Assembly (NCBI GenBank): GCA_026393175.1 | Contig: JAPLAT010000213.1 | Coordinates: forward strand, 1-54,420 | Direction: 5' to 3' | DNA from: Pseudonocardiales bacterium | GTDB taxonomy: Bacteria > Actinomycetota > Actinomycetes > Mycobacteriales > Pseudonocardiaceae | DNA length: 54,420 nucleotides | Shown: positions 1 through 7,684 of the stretch, one piece after another | Layout: every line of letters begins with the position of its first letter | Numbering within the stretch: position 1 is the first letter of the stretch | Program-made: the position numbers and the translations under genes | The notes under the pieces: generated by a model | Told to the model about the DNA's origin: nothing | Databases searched by the model: none | The model's input: only the letters and a program-made list of their open reading frames with translations

Positions 1-91
1 TGACAGCGGCCAGTCCAAACTCCCCGTAGGCGGCCATTTACCGCCCCGGTGACGGCCAGTGTTCTCCCCGCTGGCGGCCAGATATCTCCCC
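1..91. repeat. IS21 left-end subterminal repeats (4 copies, ~21-22 bp period)
   Basis: Repeated CGGCCA-N7/8-CCCC units, typical of multiple IstA-binding sites. Confidence 0.8.
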
Positions 92-130
92 GGTGATCAA
101 GCATCCGATGCCGGTGGCGAGGGTCTGCCG

Positions 131-1687
131 GTGAAGCGAGACGAGGAGATCATGGAGATCTTGGAGGCGTTCGACCTCACGGGGAGTTACCGCGCCGCCG
201 CGGAGTTGGCGGGCTGTGATCACCACACCGTCGCCCGGTATGTCGCGCTGCGCGAGGCCGGTCAGCCACCGGTGGCCCGGGAGCACCGGGCCCGGCCGAT
301 CGACGAGTACCTGGACAAGATCGAGGAGTTGGTCGTGCGCTCGGACGGGCGTGTGCGGGCCGACGTGGTGCACGAGCGGATCGCGGCGATGGGCTTCACC
401 GGCGGTGAGCGCACCACGCGGCGCACCGTCGCGGAGGTCAAGGCCCGGCTCCGCGCGGGGCAGCGCCGGGTGTTCCGGCCATGGGTGGTCGAGCCGGGTC
501 TGTGGCTGCAGTGGGACTGGGCCGAGGGTCCGCGGGTGAACGGGCGCCGCACGTCTCTGTGGTGCGCGTGGTTGGCGTGGTCGAGGTTCCGGGTTGTGCT
601 CGCGGTCTGGGACCGCACCCTGCCGACGATTGTGGCCTGCATGGACATCACCCTGCGCCGCCTGGGCGGGGTCCCGACTTACGCGCTGACCGACAACGAG
701 CGCACCGTCTCGGTCGATCATGTCGCCGGGATCGCGGTGCGGCACCCGGAGATCGTCGCGGTCGGACGGCACTACGGGATGACGATCCGCACGTGTGTGC
801 CGGCGGACCCGCAGTCCAAGGGCGGGTCGGAGGCGACGGTGCGGATCGCGAAGGCCGACCTGGTCCCCACGGCGGCGAACCTGCTGCAGGAGTACCGCAC
901 GTTCTCCCAGCTGGAGACGGCGTGTCGGGAGTTCTGCGAGCAGGTCAACACGCGGGCGCACCGGGAGACCCGTCGCGCTCCGGTCGAGGCGCTGGCCGAG
1001 GAACGCACGCGGCTGCATCCGCTGCCGGGCCAGCCGTTCACGGTCGCGTTCGGGACGACGCGGCGGGTGAACTGGGATGCCACCGTCTCGGTCGAGGGGG
1101 TGCGCTACTCCGTCCCGCACCAGCTGGTCGACACCCGGGTCTGGGTGAGGTTCCACGGCGATGACCTGGTGATCACCGCCGTCGGCGAGACCGGGCCGGG
1201 TGAGGTCGCCCGCCACGCCCGCTCGACACCAGGCACTCCCTCGATCCGGGCGGAGCACTACCCGCCGCCCACCGCCGCAGCGAACGCCGCCGGGGAACGC
1301 ACTCCGCGGGCGGGCAGCGCCGCGGAGACCGAGTTCCTCGCGCTGGGCCCGGGCGCGACGTCCTGGCTGGTCGAGGCCGCCGGCGCCGGGGCCAGAGGGG
1401 TCCGGCGGAAGATGGCCGAAGCGGTCGCGCTGGCCAAGCTGCACCCACCCGGCGAGGTCGATCGCGCGCTCGGGACGGCGGCGGTCGCGGGCCGGTTCGC
1501 CGAGAACGACGTGCTGCGCATCCTGGCCCACCAGGCCGGGCGCGATATCAACAAGCCGACGGTTCGGGCGAGTGAGACCCACAGCCTGCAACCCGGCACC
1601 TCGGCCTGGTCCGGGTTCGGGCTCACCGCGCCACCCGATCCCGATCCGGACCCGGCAGGGCTCGACCCGGCAGGGGAACCGTCATGA
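131..1687 (+). CDS. istA: IS21 transposase IstA
   Basis: N-terminal HTH (SYRAAAELAGCDHHTVARY), LQWDW, LTDNE, PQSKGGSE and VRYSVP motifs. Start GTG131 preferred because the ORF-track start at 59 lies in the terminal repeats. Confidence 0.93.
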   Translation: MKRDEEIMEILEAFDLTGSYRAAAELAGCDHHTVARYVALREAGQPPVAREHRARPIDEYLDKIEELVVRSDGRVRADVVHERIAAMGFTGGERTTRRTVAEVKARLRAGQRRVFRPWVVEPGLWLQWDWAEGPRVNGRRTSLWCAWLAWSRFRVVLAVWDRTLPTIVACMDITLRRLGGVPTYALTDNERTVSVDHVAGIAVRHPEIVAVGRHYGMTIRTCVPADPQSKGGSEATVRIAKADLVPTAANLLQEYRTFSQLETACREFCEQVNTRAHRETRRAPVEALAEERTRLHPLPGQPFTVAFGTTRRVNWDATVSVEGVRYSVPHQLVDTRVWVRFHGDDLVITAVGETGPGEVARHARSTPGTPSIRAEHYPPPTAAANAAGERTPRAGSAAETEFLALGPGATSWLVEAAGAGARGVRRKMAEAVALAKLHPPGEVDRALGTAAVAGRFAENDVLRILAHQAGRDINKPTVRASETHSLQPGTSAWSGFGLTAPPDPDPDPAGLDPAGEPS

Positions 1688-2469
1688 GCACCGGATCCGT
1701 CGCAGCCTCGGGCGGGGACCCGCTCGCCGAGGCCGTCGCGCTCACTCGGCGGCTCAAGCTGCCCCACATCCGCCGTCACCTCGTCGAGCTCGTCCCGACC
1801 GCGCGGGCACAGCGCTGGGACCACGCCGAGCTCGTCCGGGTCCTGCTCGCCGAGGAGGCCGCCGGCCGTGACGCCACGAACCTGCGCACCCGCCGCCAGC
1901 GAGCGGGGTTCCCGGCCGGCAAGACGTTGCACGACTGGGACGCCGCCGCGTCCTGCATCCCGCGCCCCACCCAGGACGCGCTGACCTCGCTGGAGTGGGT
2001 GGGGCGGCGGGAGAACGTGTGCATCTGCGGGCCGTCCGGGACCGGGAAGTCCCACTTCTGCGAGGCGCTCGGTCAGGCCGCGGTCGAGGCCGGGATGACA
2101 GTGGCCTGGTTCACCATCGAAGACCTCGGCGCACTCGTGCGCCGCCACCGCGCCGACGACAGCATCACCCGCGCACTGGCCAGGCTGATCCGCACCGACC
2201 TGATCATCGTCGACGACATCGGGCTGCTGCCCGTCTCCCCGGACGCCGCGGAGGGGTTCTATCGGCTCGTCGACGCCGCCTACGAACGACGATCCCTCGC
2301 GGTCAGCTCGAACCTTCATCCGTCGGGGTTCGACGAGATCATGCCCAAGACCCTGGCCACCGCCACGGTCGACCGGCTCCTGCACCACGCCCACATCGTC
2401 GTCACCGACGGTGACAGCTACCGGCTCGCACAAGCCACCTCCGGCAAGGGAGTCACCGCCTTGAACTGA
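1684..2469 (+). CDS. istB: IS21 helper AAA+ ATPase IstB
   Basis: Walker A GPSGTGKS, Walker B LIIVDDIG, VSSN and DRLLHHA motifs. Confidence 0.95.
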   Translation: MSTGSVAASGGDPLAEAVALTRRLKLPHIRRHLVELVPTARAQRWDHAELVRVLLAEEAAGRDATNLRTRRQRAGFPAGKTLHDWDAAASCIPRPTQDALTSLEWVGRRENVCICGPSGTGKSHFCEALGQAAVEAGMTVAWFTIEDLGALVRRHRADDSITRALARLIRTDLIIVDDIGLLPVSPDAAEGFYRLVDAAYERRSLAVSSNLHPSGFDEIMPKTLATATVDRLLHHAHIVVTDGDSYRLAQATSGKGVTALN

Positions 2470-2487
2470 CCGAGCACGACCGAGGGC

Positions 2488-2581
2488 GGGGACTTATCTG
2501 GCCGCCGTCGGGGAGAAACATCTGGCCACCAGTGGGGAGAACTTCTGGCCGCCAGCGGGGAGATCCAACTGGCCATTGACA
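2488..2581. repeat. IS21 right-end subterminal repeats (4 copies, inverted relative to the left end)
   Basis: GGGGA-N-TGGCC units repeated at ~22 bp spacing up to the terminal CA. Confidence 0.8.
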
Positions 2582-2887
2582 CCCGTCGACCGTTCTGGGC
2601 AGCGGCAGACAGGCCAGAGACCGGCGGATCCGCTCCGGTTCCACATGGCCGTGGTTGAGCGCGTCGTACATCGCGCCGTGCCCCCGGCGGTGCTCGGCCA
2701 CCAAGGTCAGATCGACCAGCGAGCGGACCGGACCGTCGAGGCACAGCACCGCGTCGGTCAGCTCGAACAACGCATCCGCGCGCGCGGTCAACGACATGTA
2801 GAACTCCTGCCGGAACCGGGCAAGATCACCCCGCCGAGCCGGGGTGTCGTCGTCACCCCTGATCCCGGCCCGCGCGACACTGACCAT
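2582..2887 (-). pseudogene. 5' fragment of an IS701-like (actinobacterial DDE) transposase, interrupted by IS21
   Basis: FRQEFYMSLTARADALFELTDAVLC...RRGHGAMYDALNHG is the N-terminus of a common actinobacterial transposase family. The frame runs into the IS21 end after about 100 codons. Confidence 0.8.
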
Positions 2888-3026
2888 CGCGGCCACCGCT
2901 CTCGTCTTCGACGTTCTGTGGAAGGAACCCGAAGAGGATCAAGCGGTGGCCGCGCCGTGTCGCGACGACACGCCGCACGAGCAGCGCAAACCGGATTGCC
3001 TCGCCGTGCGAGGTTAAAGATCAAGC
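2582..3026 (-). mobile_element. Remaining upstream end of the IS701-like element
   Basis: AT-rich terminus GGTTAAAGATCAAGC (3012-3026) upstream of the transposase fragment. Exact boundary is inferred. Confidence 0.55.
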
Positions 3027-3044
3027 TGAGCACCTGCCGCCGGC

Positions 3045-4190
3045 TCAGGGCGCGAAGCTGCGGCCGAGCAGGTGCCGGGCGACGACCAACTTGGCGACCT
3101 GCGCGGTCCCGTCGGCGATCTCGAACGCCATCACGTCGCGCAGGCGCTGCCCCTGCGGGCTGTCGCTGCCCCAGCCGGCGTGCCCGAAGGTCAGCAGCGC
3201 CTGGTGCACGGCCTCGCCCGCCGTCTTCGGCGCGAACCACTTGGCCATGTTCGCCGCGACCGAGTGCTCCAGTCCCTGGTCCTTGCGCCACAGCGCCTCG
3301 TAGCAGATGTGTCGGGCCCCGGCCAGCCGCGTGGCCTGTTCGACCAGCGGGAAGGCGACGCCCTGGTTGCGCCCGATGGGACCGCCGAACGCCTCCCGGG
3401 TCCGGGCGTACTCGAGTGCGTCGTCAAGCGCGGCCTGGGCGACCCCGACGCACATCAGGCCGATGACCGCGCGGGAGTAGTCGAACCCCTGCATCACCGA
3501 GACGAAGCCGGCACCCTCCTCGCCGATCAGGTCGTCGCGCCCCACCGGCAGGCCGTCGAAGTGCAGCGAGGCACGTCCGACGGCCCGGCCGCCGTGGTCG
3601 TCGAGAGCGGTGCGGGCCACCCGCTCGTCGTTCAGGTGCACGTAGAACGCGCTGATGCCGCGGGCGCCCTCGCCGCCGGTGCGGGCGAAGACCACGCCGG
3701 TGTCGGCGAGCATCCCCATCGAGATGGAGGTCTTCTCCCCGGCCAGCCGCCACCCGTCGCCCTCGGGCACCGCGCGCAGCGACAGGTTGGCAGCGTCCGA
3801 ACCGTGCTCCGGTTCGGTGAGCAGCAGCGCGGAGAGCGCCGAGCCGTCGGCGATCGGCGGCAGCCAGCGGGCCAGCTGATCCTCGCGGGCGCTGTGCACG
3901 AGGATGTCGGCGTTCAGCGCCGCGACCAGCAGGACGTAGCAGGCGTTGACGTCCGCCCGCGAGATCTCCTCCGCGGCCATGCCGGTCGTGACCGCGTCGG
4001 CCTCCTGGCCGCCGAAGCGCTCCGGGACCCGCATCCCGGTCAGACCGACCGCTGCCATCTCCTTGGGCAACGTGGGCCGCATCCGGCCGGCCCGGTCGTC
4101 GGACCGGTAGTGCGGTGCGAGGTGTCGCCCGGCGAACGCGGCGAGCTCGCGGCGGAACGCCTCCTGGTCGTCGCTGAAGGCGTAGTGCAT
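3045..4190 (-). CDS. Acyl-CoA dehydrogenase (resembles cyclohexanecarboxyl-CoA dehydrogenase, AliB type)
   Basis: LTEPEHGSD, GEKTSIS, REAFGGPI and LRDVMAFEIADGTAQV motifs. Confidence 0.88.
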   Translation of the reverse strand: MHYAFSDDQEAFRRELAAFAGRHLAPHYRSDDRAGRMRPTLPKEMAAVGLTGMRVPERFGGQEADAVTTGMAAEEISRADVNACYVLLVAALNADILVHSAREDQLARWLPPIADGSALSALLLTEPEHGSDAANLSLRAVPEGDGWRLAGEKTSISMGMLADTGVVFARTGGEGARGISAFYVHLNDERVARTALDDHGGRAVGRASLHFDGLPVGRDDLIGEEGAGFVSVMQGFDYSRAVIGLMCVGVAQAALDDALEYARTREAFGGPIGRNQGVAFPLVEQATRLAGARHICYEALWRKDQGLEHSVAANMAKWFAPKTAGEAVHQALLTFGHAGWGSDSPQGQRLRDVMAFEIADGTAQVAKLVVARHLLGRSFAP

Positions 4191-4272
4191 GGGCGCTCCC
4201 GAGGTCGCGTCGCTCGTCGAGGGGTCTTCCTGATGAGGATCGCCGCACGCCGCCGCTGCGCCGGGGCCGAGC

Positions 4273-4905
4273 TCAGCCGGCCGCGTCCCTGGTGAGCTGT
4301 TCGGCCGGTCCGGCCAGCACGACCGCCGCGGCGGCCGCGCTCAGCAGGCGTTCGACGCTCTCGTCGTCCAGCTCCACGGGCATGTGGGCGGCGGAGTTGA
4401 GCAGGGACAGCGTGGCGGTGACCACCCCGCGGGCCGGCGCCGCGCCGAGGCCGGGCCGGACCGCGAGCAGGGCGTCGGTCCAGATGGTCTCGTAGTCCCG
4501 CTGCCTGCGGCGCAGTGCGCGGAGCGCGATCGGTGACAGCGACCTGTGCTCCCTGGCGTAGACCGCGACCAGGCGGCGGTGGCGGGCGGCGAAGCTCGCG
4601 TGCATCGCGATCAGCTCAGGCAGTTCGCGCTCGGCACCGCCCGAGCGGGCGGCCCGGCGGGCCCCGGTCAACAGCTCGGACATGGCCGTGCTGCACAGGT
4701 CCTGGAGGATCGCCTGCTTGTTCTGGAAATGGCGGTAGATCGCCGGTCCGGTCACTCCGGCGGCTGCGCCGATGTCGTCGATGCCGACCGCGTGATAGCC
4801 CTGTCGCGCGAAGAGCTCCGTCGCGACCTCGAGCAACACGGCCCGCCGGAACCCCGCCAATCCCACGCACCTCCGCTCCACCCCGACCCGACCGAGCGGG
4901 GTCAT
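4273..4905 (-). CDS. TetR-family regulator (KstR2-like C-terminus); start uncertain
   Basis: HTH LFARQGYHAVGIDDIGAAAGVTGPAIYRHFQNKQAIL. Confidence 0.88.
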   Translation of the reverse strand: MTPLGRVGVERRCVGLAGFRRAVLLEVATELFARQGYHAVGIDDIGAAAGVTGPAIYRHFQNKQAILQDLCSTAMSELLTGARRAARSGGAERELPELIAMHASFAARHRRLVAVYAREHRSLSPIALRALRRRQRDYETIWTDALLAVRPGLGAAPARGVVTATLSLLNSAAHMPVELDDESVERLLSAAAAAVVLAGPAEQLTRDAAG

Positions 4906-4968
4906 GGTAGCCGTCGGTGCCGTCGGGCTCGTGATCCGTCGGCGACGGACGGCGCGGTCGGAGCTCGG

Positions 4969-5547
4969 TCACGCCGGGTCGAGGAACCGCACGACCACGG
5001 TGGCGATCTCGTCGGCGACGTGATCGGCGGGGTGGAGAGGCACCACGATGTGGCTGATCGCCAGCCGGGTCGCCACCTCGGCGGCAGCGGCGGCTCCGGC
5101 GGGGTCGAGTTCCGGCCAGCGGCGCAGCAGGAACGCTGCGGCACGGTCGCGGGCGATCTGGATGAGCGGCTCGCTCTCGGTGGTCAGCAGCGGGAGGAGT
5201 TCCTCGTTGCCCTGGCCGGTGAGGACGACCTTGAGGAGGGGGTCCGCCGTGGCGGTGTCGAGGGTGCGGCGAACCGCTGCCACCCATGCGGCATGCAGGT
5301 CGTCCTCGCTTCCCAGCGCGGCCTCGACGCTGCGCAGGAACCGCTCGGTCAGCCGGAGCACCAACGCTGCGACGAGGCCACGCTTGCTGCCGAACTCGTT
5401 GTACAGGGTCTGGCGGCTGGCGCCGACGGTGTCGGCGAGGTCCTGCAGCCGCAGTCCCCGGTATCCCTCGGCGAGCAGTTGCCGGGTCGCCTCGTCCAGG
5501 ACCTCGTCCCGCCAGAGGTTCCGGGCGCGCTGGATGAGGCCGGCCAC
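4969..5547 (-). CDS. TetR-family regulator, AlkX/Rv3249c-like (copy 1)
   Basis: ASRQTLYNEFGSKRGL HTH and DPLL..VLTG...LLPLLTTESEPLI C-domain. Probable leaderless GTG5547 start; the ORF-track extension is likely spurious. Confidence 0.88.
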   Translation of the reverse strand: MAGLIQRARNLWRDEVLDEATRQLLAEGYRGLRLQDLADTVGASRQTLYNEFGSKRGLVAALVLRLTERFLRSVEAALGSEDDLHAAWVAAVRRTLDTATADPLLKVVLTGQGNEELLPLLTTESEPLIQIARDRAAAFLLRRWPELDPAGAAAAAEVATRLAISHIVVPLHPADHVADEIATVVVRFLDPA

Positions 5548-5554
5548 TCTGCTT

Positions 5555-5583
5555 ATCCTGGACACGTCGGGCGGAGATGTCAA
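5555..5583 (-). promoter_or_regulatory. SigA-type promoter overlapped by a GACA-N13-TGTC operator
   Basis: Plus strand TGGACA-cgtcgggcggaga-TGTCAA. Minus strand TTGACA-17 bp-CAGGAT, 7 nt before GTG5547. Confidence 0.65.
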
Positions 5584-6000
5584 CGTACTGGACGCGATCA
5601 TGGTCCGGATCTGGGATCGGGGCGGTCTCCCGTGACGGACCGAGCGGGTGCGGCCCGGACAACCCCGGCGTCGACGTCGATGCCGCTCACTTCGAGCGTG
5701 TGGGTGTGACGCCGTGCCGCGCCTCCTGCCGTGCGACGCGACGACGGAAGGACGCCGATGGAGGCGGGCCCGTGGCGGGCCCCCGCGGTTCCGCCGGCTC
5801 CGGGCGGTTCCGCCGGCGTCGCGCGACGGCTTCCCCGGCCCGAGGTTCTCGTGGCCCGCGACCGCTACGCCGTGCTGGCCGACGCCTGGTCCGCAACGGC
5901 CGCCGCCGCGCTCGGGGCCCCGGTAGGTCCGTCGACGTCCGGATCGTGCCCGGGCCCCGCCCACGCCACGGTCGGGGAGGACCGGGTCACGGCAAGGGGG

Positions 6001-6927
6001 TCACGGGAAGGAGAAGGAGCCGGTCGCCCGTGCGACCAGCACCGCGGCGAGGATGAGCGCCATCGCCACGACGCCTGTCATCAGGACGTGCGGATCGAAG
6101 GTGAACTCCAGGACGCGGCCCGAGCGCCGCTCGTCATCCGACGGCAAGGGCGGGCCGAGCCAGTCCAGCTGGTGGAAGCGGCGGTCGAACTCCTCCGCGT
6201 CGTCGACGCCGGCGAGGAGCTCGCCGACCGGCCCGTTGGCCACGATGCGGCCGTGGGCCAGCACGGCCAGGCGACCGTCGAGCGCCTTGGCGAGCGCGAT
6301 GTCGTGCGTGGTGACGAGCATGGTGGCACCGGTGCGCCGCTGGGCCGTTCGGATCGCTTCGACCGCCCGCGCGGCGGTGGGCGCGTCGAGCCCGAGGTCG
6401 ACGTCGTCGAGCACGATGAGCGGTCGGCCGCCGGCCATCGCGGCACCCAGTGCGATGCGCCGCCGCATCCGGGCGGAGAGCTCCGCGGGCAGCCGGTCGG
6501 CGTGCCCGTCGAGCCCCAGGGTCCGCAGCCACCACGTGACCGTCGCGTGCACGAACTCGTCGTCCGCCGCACTCAGCCGCAGCGGCGCGGCGACGTTGTC
6601 GTACACCGTCAGCGACCCGAACACCGACGTCTCGAACAGCGTGGAGCCGCCCAGCAGCACGCCCGTCGCCTCGCGCATCGCCGCCAGCTGCTTCGGGTCG
6701 AGGTCCCAGACCGACCGGCCGCCGACGAGGACGGTGCCGGAGTCCGGGGGGAGGAGACCGACGAGGTGGCGAACCAGGGTCGTCTTGCCCGCGCCGGAGG
6801 GACCCATCAGGACGGTGATCTCTCCGGCGGGGAACTCCGCGCGCAGACGATGGTGCACGATCTCGCCGCCGAGGCGGGTGCAGACGCCCTCGAACCGGAT
6901 GTCCGGCGGGGTGCGGTGGTCGGACAC
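6001..6927 (-). CDS. MceG/MlaF-like ABC ATPase with degenerate motifs and a C-terminal TM helix
   Basis: Walker A GPSGAGKT and H-loop TTHD intact. Signature LSARMRRR, Walker B IVLDD. Hydrophobic C-terminus VLMTGVVAMALILAAVLVA. Confidence 0.85.
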   Translation of the reverse strand: MSDHRTPPDIRFEGVCTRLGGEIVHHRLRAEFPAGEITVLMGPSGAGKTTLVRHLVGLLPPDSGTVLVGGRSVWDLDPKQLAAMREATGVLLGGSTLFETSVFGSLTVYDNVAAPLRLSAADDEFVHATVTWWLRTLGLDGHADRLPAELSARMRRRIALGAAMAGGRPLIVLDDVDLGLDAPTAARAVEAIRTAQRRTGATMLVTTHDIALAKALDGRLAVLAHGRIVANGPVGELLAGVDDAEEFDRRFHQLDWLGPPLPSDDERRSGRVLEFTFDPHVLMTGVVAMALILAAVLVARATGSFSFP

Positions 6928-6955
6928 GTGCGCGGCTTCGCCGCGGTCGCCGCGG

Positions 6956-7408
6956 CTAGTCCGACGTGTGGACGATCAGGACGTCGCAGCCCGCCGTGCG
7001 GGCGACGTGCGACGGCACCGATCCCAGCACCCGGCCGCTGAGCGTGTTCAGCCCGCGGTTGCCCACCACGAGCAGGTCGGCCGCGTGGTCGGCGACCGCC
7101 TTGCGCAGGACGTCCACCGGAGCGCCGTCGACCGGTTGGGTGCGGATCTCCCGCGCACCGGCCTGCTTCGCCGCGTCCGCGGCGACGGCGAGGGTCTCCT
7201 CGGCGGGGGTGGAGCCGCGGACGAGGAACGCCTCCTCGCCCAGCGCCTCCTCCGCGCCGACCTGCTCCTCGCGGGTCGACGGCGTGTACGCCGAGACGAT
7301 CACCAGCGTGGCTCCCGCGTCCGCCGCCACCTGCGCCGCCCGCCGCACCGCCAGCGCTGCCGTCGCGGACCCGTCGGTACCCACCACGATCGAGCGGTAT
7401 CCGGTCAT
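6956..7408 (-). CDS. Universal stress protein (UspA family)
   Basis: YRSIVVGTDGS, DLLVVGNRG and LGSVPSHVARTAGCDVLIV motifs. Confidence 0.93.
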   Translation of the reverse strand: MTGYRSIVVGTDGSATAALAVRRAAQVAADAGATLVIVSAYTPSTREEQVGAEEALGEEAFLVRGSTPAEETLAVAADAAKQAGAREIRTQPVDGAPVDVLRKAVADHAADLLVVGNRGLNTLSGRVLGSVPSHVARTAGCDVLIVHTSD

Positions 7409-7684
7409 GCCGATCCTCCGTCACCTTGCCCAGGACGTGTTCGTCACTGTCCGCGAGCGGAGGCTACCGTGTGTCATTTACATGGGCCATACGGGTCAGC
7501 CGATCAACCCCAGCGATAGGCCACACGGCCCAACGGGCCCGTCAGGTGCCCGGCCCGGCGGCCCTCGGGGATATCGGCCCGCACGGGCCACCGATGGCCC
7601 GCGCCGTCCGTCCACCAGCATCCCGGCATCGGGCAGACTTCGCGGCGTTGTTGTCCCGGTCACAATGTAGTGAGGAGCAAGTCG

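Larger units (their letters stand above)
1..2581 (+). mobile_element. Complete IS21-family insertion sequence
   Basis: TG...CA ends. Left end TGACAGCGGCCAGTCCAAACTCCCC resembles the reverse complement of the right end, TGTCAATGGCCAGTTGGATCTCCCC. Encloses an istA-istB pair overlapping at ATGA. Confidence 0.93.

Noticed and set aside
2488-2581. Regularly spaced short repeats resembling a mini-CRISPR
   Set aside because: About 22 bp period with no spacers or cas genes, mirrored at 1-91. These are IS21 end repeats.
5600-6000. 400 bp gap with a duplicated CGGTTCCGCCGGC and possible hairpins (ncRNA or small gene)
   Set aside because: No recognisable RNA family, RBS or convincing protein. The pairing is explainable by GC content.
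7433-7452. GGAC...GTCC palindrome upstream of usp as a fourth AlkX-type operator
   Set aside because: Spacing and arm sequence do not fit GACA-N13-TGTC.
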